Part shown: positions 51,001-58,605 of the stretch, in pieces
Numbering within the stretch: the first letter of the stretch is position 1
Layout: every line of letters starts with the position of its first letter
Virus record (IMG/VR): IMGVR_UViG_3300024346_000004
Source of the DNA: a virus
Taxonomy: Duplodnaviria > Caudoviricetes
Direction: 5' to 3' (one strand)
DNA length: 64,000 nucleotides
Translations under genes and position numbers: made by a program
The notes under the pieces: generated by a model
Databases searched by the model: none
What the model was told of the DNA's origin: nothing
Seen by the model: only the letters and a program-made list of their open reading frames with translations

Positions 51001-52863
51001 GTTTCCAAGATTTAAAAGATCTGCATTTGGGATACTTACATAGTCGTTAGTTCCGTCAAAAACTAATTGGCCCTTATTCTTCGCTAAATACCCTACACCG
51101 TTATTAAGAGTGCCAGTGTAATTGTTAACTAAAGAATTGATAGTTGTCCCGGATCCAATGTAAGATTTATAATATCCAGGGTCAATATTTAAAAGTAATC
51201 CAGTTTGAACAATATCTGGATACATTTCTTTAGCTGGTAGATAGTTTACATTATTTAAAGCTTGTACTTGGAATCTTGGAGACAAAGCATCATAATTGAA
51301 TTTTCTTTCTCCTTCAGTTAATACTCTTGAATAGAATCTTAAGTTGCTTATTTGACCGTTAAGAGTAAAGCTACCTTGTCTATATCTGCCTAATAATAAA
51401 GTTAAACTGGAAGGTATGAAAGTATGATTTGCAGTTCCAGCAGATACATTGTTAACATAATAATTAATAGAACCATTGCTATATGTGACAGAAAGAAAAT
51501 ACCAAACATTAGATTGTAAAGTTACAGTAGAAAATGTAAATTGCTGAGAAGGGAAAACCTGCAAAATCATTTTAGATTGGTATATTTCTATATGATATCC
51601 TCTCTCAGGGCTTTGTCCATAATTATTTGTATTGAAAATTACTTGTTCTAAAGCTATATTGTTAGATTTAAACCAACATTCGAAAGTAAAGTTATCAGCA
51701 TTATTTACTGCACTATTATAAGGAAATTCGATATAGTCATTCGCTCCATCAAAATTCCAAACACCGCCAAAGTTTGTAGAGAACCCAACTCCATTATATA
51801 ATACACCTTCAACATCTCCACCAATATAATTTGTTGAGAGACCTAGAGGCATAATCATAGATCTTAGAATAGAAGGATTATCATTTGGCTTAGGTGATAT
51901 TACTTTAGTTCCAGAGCTAGGGTATGAATAAAGATTTCCAGCATCAATATCTAATACTAAATCTTGTGTTATTTTTTCTGGAGCACTTGGGTTTGTAAAG
52001 AATGGATAAAAGATCTTTGTTGACCAGATATAATTTTGTGTAACTTCTGCTTGGGCTAATTCTTTGTTGTAGATTCTTAAATAGCATACACGGACATTAG
52101 CATTATAATCGTTCCAAAATAATAAAGATGCACCTATTGTGAAAGAACCATTATTGAAAACAGCATTAGTATTATTATATGGACTTATTCTGTTTGATAA
52201 AGTTTGAAGATTGCCATTGATATACATTTTGCAATTTTCAACTTGATTACGTTTAAATACAAATGTAAAATGATTATATTCATTTTCATATGGTGCAGAT
52301 GTAACACCGTAAATATCATCTGCAACTGTATTAAAACCTACAAATCCATTCTTACAATAAATGCCATAACTATAACCATTAAAAACAAATGGAACAGTAT
52401 ATCCGGCTAAATCTCCAAAAAGTAAAATTTCAACAGTAACAGTATCTCCAGCAGTTGTGTCATTTATAGCAACAGTTCCAGTGGCATAATCTGTAGTACC
52501 AGAAAAATCAAAAGAATATGGAGATTTGACAGGACTGTTAAATAAAGTTATATTTGCATTATTTCCCGAAAGATCATACCAAGTGTTTCCTGTTCCTGGG
52601 TAAGAATCTTTTGAGAATGCATTTACATATAATTTTAATCCATCAGTAGTATATGTGTAAAATGGATTAGCGGATTTAGGTGAAAATGATTGAGCTACTG
52701 AGTATATTAATTCATTGTCAGATATGCTGTAAGTTAAGGCTGTTTGTACATAAGGGGTAGACGAAGTTAAGCTTACATTCCCGTTAAAATTTAGAGAAGT
52801 TGATGTTTGACTTGATGTGCTCGTGTAAATCGAAAATGAGCCATCTGAAATTATATCAGCTAT
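45022..52863 (-). CDS. Giant multi-LamG (concanavalin-like) adhesin / fibre, ~2613 aa, probable ATA start
   Basis: The frame stays open 212 codons upstream of the listed ATG and encodes the first half of a LamG domain. GAGGA + 7 nt + ATA at 52863. Six LamG domains, three second-type modules and C-terminal repeats. Confidence 0.8.
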   Translation of the reverse strand: MADIISDGSFSIYTSTSSQTSTSLNFNGNVSLTSSTPYVQTALTYSISDNELIYSVAQSFSPKSANPFYTYTTDGLKLYVNAFSKDSYPGTGNTWYDLSGNNANITLFNSPVKSPYSFDFSGTTDYATGTVAINDTTAGDTVTVEILLFGDLAGYTVPFVFNGYSYGIYCKNGFVGFNTVADDIYGVTSAPYENEYNHFTFVFKRNQVENCKMYINGNLQTLSNRISPYNNTNAVFNNGSFTIGASLLFWNDYNANVRVCYLRIYNKELAQAEVTQNYIWSTKIFYPFFTNPSAPEKITQDLVLDIDAGNLYSYPSSGTKVISPKPNDNPSILRSMIMPLGLSTNYIGGDVEGVLYNGVGFSTNFGGVWNFDGANDYIEFPYNSAVNNADNFTFECWFKSNNIALEQVIFNTNNYGQSPERGYHIEIYQSKMILQVFPSQQFTFSTVTLQSNVWYFLSVTYSNGSINYYVNNVSAGTANHTFIPSSLTLLLGRYRQGSFTLNGQISNLRFYSRVLTEGERKFNYDALSPRFQVQALNNVNYLPAKEMYPDIVQTGLLLNIDPGYYKSYIGSGTTINSLVNNYTGTLNNGVGYLAKNKGQLVFDGTNDYVSIPNADLLNLGNSFTISAWVRINDLVNNLFQSFINTLDITSATKGFTFGWYRDAAYGINGKSIMLQFGVEAFAWNIYSSDTNSITDNNFHHIVVTALNINTNNPTVIFYIDGIQKNTTWWNNSTKRAINYNTDINNIRIGHYYTPSNPAYYNSFSSINLGNIKIYTTILSARDIRQNYLALYDRYNTQIKSGQQLYLDAGNNNSYSGSGTSILDISGNTRNGTLVNGVAFTSNYEGILTFDGTNDYISTDTINLSSTNIVTVSFWAKIENYRQVVGNSNCIIEFSSNYNNTSGGFNISYGDDSAVSFGGVYPITLAIKGNAGYNFATFSKTLVNDLDWHHWVCILDKSQSGLEVSLYIDGILRTPLITFINNNTNNFDNTNLFIGNRAFGNFSLSNIQVYNRALSFSEIQENYTAYATKFGKQGVGFLLGTTGLRNLNTPLPVSIISAENLPSHTFNNMFYDKFDYGLNLTIGDTNFYEFASDYGIQQFGMFNSWIYPIGFNSDPGAKYSFNIGLNSFLDYPGAPITNTASFERNGIYRAPSTPGNKVIAYNVLYPRGTTFFYSGYLKTNLYYETTGLTGIGFGLQGDVKLGYFAVIDVRNGTGETAAFQLRKDINNTVPIATDTAITIQTDRWYRITITWSSAGLITAKLYDGVGPLLSTITVTDTSYTTGYLGITSFSLSSFDNLSNLAAQFTTNAGNIASGESLSNLNYIQPGEVKIYPPSYTTSLITTGEILRLDGANYSGSTIWTDLSASANNGTLTNNPTYTTSNYGAIVFDGVNDFVTLGKDILSTRYTISAWFMLHVQPNNRYQDLFDSQYSGMLMNSGGGQFWYKNVSSYNLPFSFSFKFNTWYQISVVNGANTKSVYVDGDLVASVNDSSNYEPINNFIIGSNNGTSEFLSGKIAHIHAFNRALSSTEIKQNYDALRERYNNSSLFNQFYDQINNGDFFTFGDADYYLPMSEYGPGFGITQLFMPPALATSVVQAGVSGLGLSRVPGYDYKVAAYPAAYVPGSNFFWSGWVKTNPNYITTGHSGIGIGIQPSDKYSGYFAIIDVNNGSGAAASFQLKAGIYNAPIASATGLNITVDTWYRINMYWTTAGLVTAVLYDSYGAELATISSTSYLYSSGYCGLVSYSNSSFDNFTNFQSLRINNVGNITSLESLGLHVVKPGPVFISNVTEKSIVKTNLNLYLDAGKTTSYSGSGNAWNDISGNNNNLSFGSYTTIYDPTDGGGTFVFNGTYEGAITSNPSLNPQYFTLEMWLKFPTVPFSGIPYNKEGLYRLLVSEVFTSTVSTRLGATGWQAYNGVTTVKANTWHHCVATYSGQYVRIYLDGELDAEYLVNGGPSPDNSTSTLHIGAYLPGSYRFFGRISQVRLYSAALLPAQVKQNYEADVQRYGRSYILPKHTLKNLNTTFPTGIISSELLTTTHEFTNLFYEEFETASSLDFGDVVDYTKSETTSEIYGIANYNLPPGINAGATGFGLYWFTMGPLLKPYVKYTGLFGFGMKRIEGGSSNKVLVYKAVYKRSPTFFWSGFVKTYFDYTTTGLSGIGIAIQPNNIYNGYYAVIDVRNGSTPDTASFQLRNGINNTVPLSYISGLALQADKWYRITTSWNTNGVIIAKLYQQTGELIATLTTTDNTYTSGYMGLTSYSNSLFDNFTNIIDNRITNITTIQTAETLGIHKLDPGPVRLYPSNISTLEALGIHFIKPEGNKFLPVSILSSEILTSQFIQPGRVNISPSTFIDANAHGTPRLSPGEVRLFPETFRSLTRFGLHIIKPGIATIFHASLNNQNILGTHILKPGAVNISHQSLNNVNIFGNQKLQPGVVRIYPDTFVVPHLLGSHTVVPGPIFINPNTVESLEALSNANRLYNENKTRPTSIPTAESIGNVNFYLNINTSPQTILSAEALGSHRLRNVNYVNVPTLGEVTVVGTPKFIFVQRFGLLRVFVLTLGSIDTLTGDLGEIGLDVTLLRKIDTEITTIDYIRTVVDNKYIMTIKLDTSGKTPPNI
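45250..46060 (-). repeat. About 12-13 degenerate ~21-aa repeats (P.SI.S.E.LG.H.L.PG.V.I)
   Basis: Directly visible in the C-terminal translation. Confidence 0.75.
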
Positions 52864-52873
52864 TTTCTTATCC

Positions 52874-55279
52874 TCAGACTAAAGTAATTTTAGCATATAC
52901 ATCAGTACTTGGTAAATAATGAGAAGCTGTAAATCTTCTTTTAGCACCTAACATATTAGGCCCGACACCATTTATCCAAGATGATCCATTCCAATATTGA
53001 AAAGAACCATTTATATTTTCTGTGCTGTATGCTGTAAATACTTCTTCATCTGATTCTGATAGGTAATATGTTATCTTTAAATTACCCAAAGTATTTAGTA
53101 CACTTGTTTGTTCAAATCCTATAATTGATGATGAAGAATTAGAATCATATAAATTCCATTCAAAACCAGTTGGCAAATCATCATCTACAAAATAAGATAT
53201 TGATAATCCATATATTCTATTAGGCACGGATGCTTTACCTAATACTCTAAATTCAAACATGAATTGTATATTATCTTTAGGCATTATAAATGACATGTCA
53301 AAGCTATCATTTAACAGACTCCAATCACCAGTATCATCAGATATACCTTCTGTTCTAAAGTATACTCTAAAAGGTTCTGGCATAGATCCTAAATCATGAC
53401 TACCTAATATTTCTGGATGATGCACTAATAATTTATTGAATTTAGTTATATGACTTGTATCAATAGAATGAGTAATAATTCTGGCATTATTTCTCGAAGC
53501 AAATCTCCAATCAGCTTCTCCTGGGAATACGCCTAATTTATATTGATTTGCTACATAATACCAAAGGCCATCTGATATATTGAAGTTTAAACTTTCTCTA
53601 AGATGCGAAACAGTATCTTTTGATGGCATTCTATAATCTGAATTTTCACCATTAATTTCTCCAAATTCAGTATAGTAATAGGGGTAATTTGTGTCATATG
53701 GCAATACCGCATTTGTAGATCCAGAAAATAACATTTGTTCTAGGTTTGGTATATATCTTGCATTAGATGGCCCTACATTATTATAGCCTCTATAAGCATT
53801 CCCTAGAGACCTTACATAACCATGATCTTGGCCAAATAAATCAGCATCTTGTTTTAAATCATTTAAATCTATTCTTTGTAATACTGTAGCACTTCCACTT
53901 CTAAAATAAATATTATGTTTATTTCTTCCTGGACCAGTTGGTAAGCAAAACATTCTTAAAGTATCAGCTCCATTGATGCAGTCATAACTTTTAGTTATAA
54001 ATTTAAAAGCACTAGTTGATTCTCCAGCTGTAAGAGTAAGAGGAGCTTCAGCATCAAAACAAGCAATTCTGATTGTGTTACCTTGGTCTATTAAAACATA
54101 AAATATATGTTCATCATTAGATGTCTTTGGTAATGCAGCTAATGACCAACCATTTATTATAAGATTAGTTCCTGGATTTATTATTCTGTAAGTGGCTCTA
54201 ATTCTATCAACAGTAGTAGCAAATGGAACAGTATTATTGTGTTTCATGAATGTAAAATTCATGCCTTTTGTTATATAAACTCCACCTAAATTATAAGGGC
54301 TTGTATTCCAATAATTTGCGCTTATCATACTTACTTCTTCAATAATGTATGGTGAATTTTGAGGATATGTTTTACTCAATGTTTCAGTAAGTGTTAATGA
54401 TGTATCTGAAATAATAGATGCTACTTCATACCATTCTGTAATAGTTTCCGGATTAGTAGATCCAAACCCAATTCTACTTCCTATGCTAAATTTTAAAGAA
54501 CTAAATTTAGTATTTGTACCTGTTACAGTATTACCCGAAACTGTAACATATCCATCAGATGAGGAATCTACAAATATATTAGCATCATATATATACATAT
54601 TATTAGAGACTCTAAAAAATATATTTACTACTCCGCCTTGATAGAATTTATTTTCTTTACGATTATAGATCATATATAGTATATTTTGAGTACTGGATAC
54701 ATTTGTCATAAATATATAATCTAAATTTTTTGTGTATCTTATAACTTTAAACATAAAATTAAATGCATTGTTATAATAGTTTGCTGCATTAAAAATATGT
54801 TCTAATCTTAATGGTGATACATAATTATCATATTTATTTGCACCTGAATATCTATTCATAAGATATCCAAGATTTACATAAGATGAATCATAACCTGTAG
54901 AATTATAACCTTGATGAGTGATAGAAGTGGGTGCTGTACCAATATCGTCATAATGAAAATGATCGTATATATTAGCTAAAAATACATAAGATCCATTCAC
55001 TAATTTATATAGTTTATAATAATTAGTTAGTTCAGATTGATTCCAAAATATTCTGACATAATTGGATGAAGATAAGGATGAATTTGAATTATATGTAATA
55101 ATTTCATCAGATAAATCAGATTCACCATCATTTGTTACGATTGATAATTTATAACTATATGATGTATTACCAGGTGTTCCAATATTATCATATCTACTAA
55201 ATACAGGAGCTTTTACAGGAATATAATTTCTATAATTTAAGCTTGAATCAAATGTAAAATCTATACTTTCAATAGCCAT
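52874..55279 (-). CDS. Fibre / receptor-binding paralog, minimal form (801 aa)
   Basis: Shares GES, YDDIG, GSRIGFGS, PFATTVD, DDTG.W and KRRF blocks with its upstream neighbours. Confidence 0.7.
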   Translation of the reverse strand: MAIESIDFTFDSSLNYRNYIPVKAPVFSRYDNIGTPGNTSYSYKLSIVTNDGESDLSDEIITYNSNSSLSSSNYVRIFWNQSELTNYYKLYKLVNGSYVFLANIYDHFHYDDIGTAPTSITHQGYNSTGYDSSYVNLGYLMNRYSGANKYDNYVSPLRLEHIFNAANYYNNAFNFMFKVIRYTKNLDYIFMTNVSSTQNILYMIYNRKENKFYQGGVVNIFFRVSNNMYIYDANIFVDSSSDGYVTVSGNTVTGTNTKFSSLKFSIGSRIGFGSTNPETITEWYEVASIISDTSLTLTETLSKTYPQNSPYIIEEVSMISANYWNTSPYNLGGVYITKGMNFTFMKHNNTVPFATTVDRIRATYRIINPGTNLIINGWSLAALPKTSNDEHIFYVLIDQGNTIRIACFDAEAPLTLTAGESTSAFKFITKSYDCINGADTLRMFCLPTGPGRNKHNIYFRSGSATVLQRIDLNDLKQDADLFGQDHGYVRSLGNAYRGYNNVGPSNARYIPNLEQMLFSGSTNAVLPYDTNYPYYYTEFGEINGENSDYRMPSKDTVSHLRESLNFNISDGLWYYVANQYKLGVFPGEADWRFASRNNARIITHSIDTSHITKFNKLLVHHPEILGSHDLGSMPEPFRVYFRTEGISDDTGDWSLLNDSFDMSFIMPKDNIQFMFEFRVLGKASVPNRIYGLSISYFVDDDLPTGFEWNLYDSNSSSSIIGFEQTSVLNTLGNLKITYYLSESDEEVFTAYSTENINGSFQYWNGSSWINGVGPNMLGAKRRFTASHYLPSTDVYAKITLV

Positions 55280-58200
55280 TATATTCCCCTGTAAATTTTG
55301 ATATTATATGAAGTAACAGGCATAGATGAGGTTACTACAAATCTTCTTCTAGTTCCGATAATATTAGCTCCTATACCGTTGACCCAGCCATTATTATAAT
55401 ATTGGAAATAACCATATGTTGATTCTGTACTTAATTGCTTAAATATTAAATAATCATTTTGTTTGTCATATATTTCTATAGCTAAATAATTTAATGATTC
55501 AAATAAAAATTTCTGTTTGAATCCTATAATATTGTTATTTAAATCAGTGTCTTGTAAACTAAAAGTTAGTTCTTTTGGTAAATATTCATCTGTTTCATAT
55601 GATAATGACAATGAATATAATCTAGCAAAAACCATGATTTTTTTCATGATTTTAAATTCGAACATGAACTGAATATTATCAGCTGGTTGAATAGCGGACA
55701 TATCATTATTTTCTATAAGAGTCCATTTACCAGAATCATCATCGATACCCATAGTTCTTACATATATTTTATATGGGTCTGGTCTAATGCCATATGCTTC
55801 ATCATATAAATTTAATGAATTCTGGACATACACTTTTTTATATAAAGTGGCATTCATAGTAGAAAGCTTAGGTAATACTAATCTATTTTTTGTGAGCTCT
55901 GCAATACACGCCTCTGCATATTGGGGCCATATTAATACACTGTTTTTACGACCTTGTAGATGAACGTTAAAATAATGTAAACCTTCGTCAGAATTTTGAT
56001 ATATAGGTAAATTCCAAACGTAATTGTAATCACCGTTTAAAGGGAACTTATAAATAGGTGATTCATGTGAGCTTCCAGCTATATTTGAAGAATATTTATC
56101 TGTAATACCTATATTTATAAGACCTTCAAATCTATATAAAAAAGATTGTCTATTGACAGTAGCAAAATATAAATCTAAATTATTATCATAGCAGTTTTGG
56201 TCAGGTGTTGTTCTAGATTCCAATATAGCATAGTTTTCTCCACCTTGTCGCATAAATTTCATTTTATCTAAATAAATATCAGTGGCATTATTTTTAATCT
56301 TATCTACATCAACTATATAATTCCATGAGTTATCTACAGTGATCATAATATTTCTATTAGCATAAGGTCCAGATTTAGGTGTATGCACTCTTGATAAGAA
56401 ATATGTTTGACTATTTTGAGCAAAGACATTAGCTGTCATTGCTAAAGCTGCTATTGTAGACGTTCCTGCGACAAGATCAGTGAGAGAAGCTCTTACATTA
56501 AATTTATAAAATCTATTTGTACGACTGGCTATGTAATTATTTCCATAAACAAAATGAGTAGTATTTGTATACTTTTCATCTGTTCCTATATACATATCAT
56601 TAGGCGGTGTAGTAGGATGGGTCAACCTATAAACAGCTCTTTGGTTATCTACAGTAGTTGCCATAGGAATCGAATTTCCTAAATTAATTCTAAATAACCC
56701 AAAATGTAATCCTTTAGCAACGTATAATCCAGCTTGATTAAATGGAGATACTGTCTGTCTAGAGGATGCCATAATCCTTAGTTCCTCAATGACATAAGGT
56801 GTATTTGAATTAATAGTACCAGCTGAGGCATTTATTGTTATCGAGGTGTTAGAATTTATAGCTGTGATATCATACCAAGTTGTAATAAATCTTGCTTCTG
56901 TAGAGCCAAACCCTATTCTAGCTCCTACAGCTATTCTGTCTGACACCCAAGAAGTATTGACACCTGTTACTGATGTTCCAGATACGGAAACAGTACCATT
57001 ATTATGATAATATAATTCTGCTAATGGACCACCATAAACAGTCATATTAGATGTAGGACTTAAATTTAAATCTAATCTACCAACATATAAGAATTCATCT
57101 ATCTTTTTAAAATGTTTGAATAAATATAATTGTCTTATTTGTCCAGCAGAAGAAGAATAATATACCAGTACATAATTGAAGTCATCATTATATTCAAATA
57201 CTCTAATTAAATCTGTCCAGTTCCCAACATAATCTAATGGAATATGATATACTTTTTTAGGTCCAACAAAATTATCATAATGTTTTTCGCCCGTGTATTT
57301 CTTGATTAATGGACCTAAATTAAGTTTGTTTGGGTTGTATCCTGATGTATTTATTGAGGGAAATAATGTTGTTGGAGTAGCAGAGCCAATATCATCATAA
57401 TAATTTGTATTAGTAACACTAGCTAATAATCTTTCGTTATCTTTTGTTCTTCCGTATATTTTATATCCAGTAACATTTCTTAATGATTTCCATGTTATTC
57501 TGTTAAAATTAGACGAATTTAAAGTGCTATTTCCATTATTGATGATTATTTGATTTGATGTAGATTCACCAAAGCTATCGTATGCTGTAACTCTGTATGA
57601 ATATGTCGTAGATCCTGAAGTACCAAATACTGTCACTGATGATATAGGATTATCTAATGATTTATAATTTGCAAATTGTGTTTCTTTGTTAAAATCATAT
57701 TCTATAATTTTTGATTTTTTATTAGATAGCTTTAGAACATTATTCTTTTTGATATTTATATTTTGTGGAACTGTTGGAGCTTGTATTGAATTTAAATAAA
57801 ATCTAATAGGCCCATTCAGATAATTATTTCCAAAAGATTCTCCCGTGCTAATTGCTGGAGCTCCCAATGTTCTGTAATTAGTAACAGGCAAGCTATAAGA
57901 AATAGGTTCAGCATATACAGATTTCGGATTATCATATAAGCTCTGTATTTCATCGATATTTAAAGCTCTATCAAATATTAAAAAATCTCTTACCGTACCG
58001 TTAAAATATTCTCCGCCGTATCCATAGCCTACTCTTAAGGGATAATTTCTATATCCTCCGGGCCAAATTCCAGTATTATTTCCTTGAGCTTGAAGTTTTC
58101 CGTTGACATATAATCTAACTACAGAACCATTCCATGTGCCAACTAAATGATACCAAGTATTTCCTAAAAGCCCTGTATTATATATTGGATTTGTTTGTCC

Positions 58201-58605
58201 AGCTGTAGTACCTACACCAAAATACAGCCTTTCAGATCCTCCACCTTGCGAAAGATAAACAGAAATATTATGGCCAGCATCACCAATAACAAAAATCTTT
58301 TTATATGTGGCTTCAAATGCTACAGTTTTATATACCCAAATAGAAAATGTAAGAGAATTAAATGGAATAAAAATTCTTGTATTTTCACTATAGTCATTAC
58401 TTCCATCAAAAGTAAGCCCTCCTCCATTAGAGGCAGACCATGTAGGACCATTAATTAAAGTTAAATTTCTTTGTGAAACTAAATCGTGAGCAATATTACC
58501 CATTTGATCATTAAAAGGATAACAAGCAATTAATCCATGCGTAACTGGGTTATTGTAATTGATTGTAGATCCAATGGGCGGTCTATATGATGGGTATGTG
58601 CTCAT
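55279..58605 (-). CDS. Fibre / receptor-binding paralog with N-terminal LamG (1108 aa)
   Basis: LamG domain (WYHLVGTWNGSVVRLYVNG...FNGTVRDFLIFDRAL) plus the shared core. Confidence 0.75.
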   Translation of the reverse strand: MSTYPSYRPPIGSTINYNNPVTHGLIACYPFNDQMGNIAHDLVSQRNLTLINGPTWSASNGGGLTFDGSNDYSENTRIFIPFNSLTFSIWVYKTVAFEATYKKIFVIGDAGHNISVYLSQGGGSERLYFGVGTTAGQTNPIYNTGLLGNTWYHLVGTWNGSVVRLYVNGKLQAQGNNTGIWPGGYRNYPLRVGYGYGGEYFNGTVRDFLIFDRALNIDEIQSLYDNPKSVYAEPISYSLPVTNYRTLGAPAISTGESFGNNYLNGPIRFYLNSIQAPTVPQNINIKKNNVLKLSNKKSKIIEYDFNKETQFANYKSLDNPISSVTVFGTSGSTTYSYRVTAYDSFGESTSNQIIINNGNSTLNSSNFNRITWKSLRNVTGYKIYGRTKDNERLLASVTNTNYYDDIGSATPTTLFPSINTSGYNPNKLNLGPLIKKYTGEKHYDNFVGPKKVYHIPLDYVGNWTDLIRVFEYNDDFNYVLVYYSSSAGQIRQLYLFKHFKKIDEFLYVGRLDLNLSPTSNMTVYGGPLAELYYHNNGTVSVSGTSVTGVNTSWVSDRIAVGARIGFGSTEARFITTWYDITAINSNTSITINASAGTINSNTPYVIEELRIMASSRQTVSPFNQAGLYVAKGLHFGLFRINLGNSIPMATTVDNQRAVYRLTHPTTPPNDMYIGTDEKYTNTTHFVYGNNYIASRTNRFYKFNVRASLTDLVAGTSTIAALAMTANVFAQNSQTYFLSRVHTPKSGPYANRNIMITVDNSWNYIVDVDKIKNNATDIYLDKMKFMRQGGENYAILESRTTPDQNCYDNNLDLYFATVNRQSFLYRFEGLINIGITDKYSSNIAGSSHESPIYKFPLNGDYNYVWNLPIYQNSDEGLHYFNVHLQGRKNSVLIWPQYAEACIAELTKNRLVLPKLSTMNATLYKKVYVQNSLNLYDEAYGIRPDPYKIYVRTMGIDDDSGKWTLIENNDMSAIQPADNIQFMFEFKIMKKIMVFARLYSLSLSYETDEYLPKELTFSLQDTDLNNNIIGFKQKFLFESLNYLAIEIYDKQNDYLIFKQLSTESTYGYFQYYNNGWVNGIGANIIGTRRRFVVTSSMPVTSYNIKIYRGI

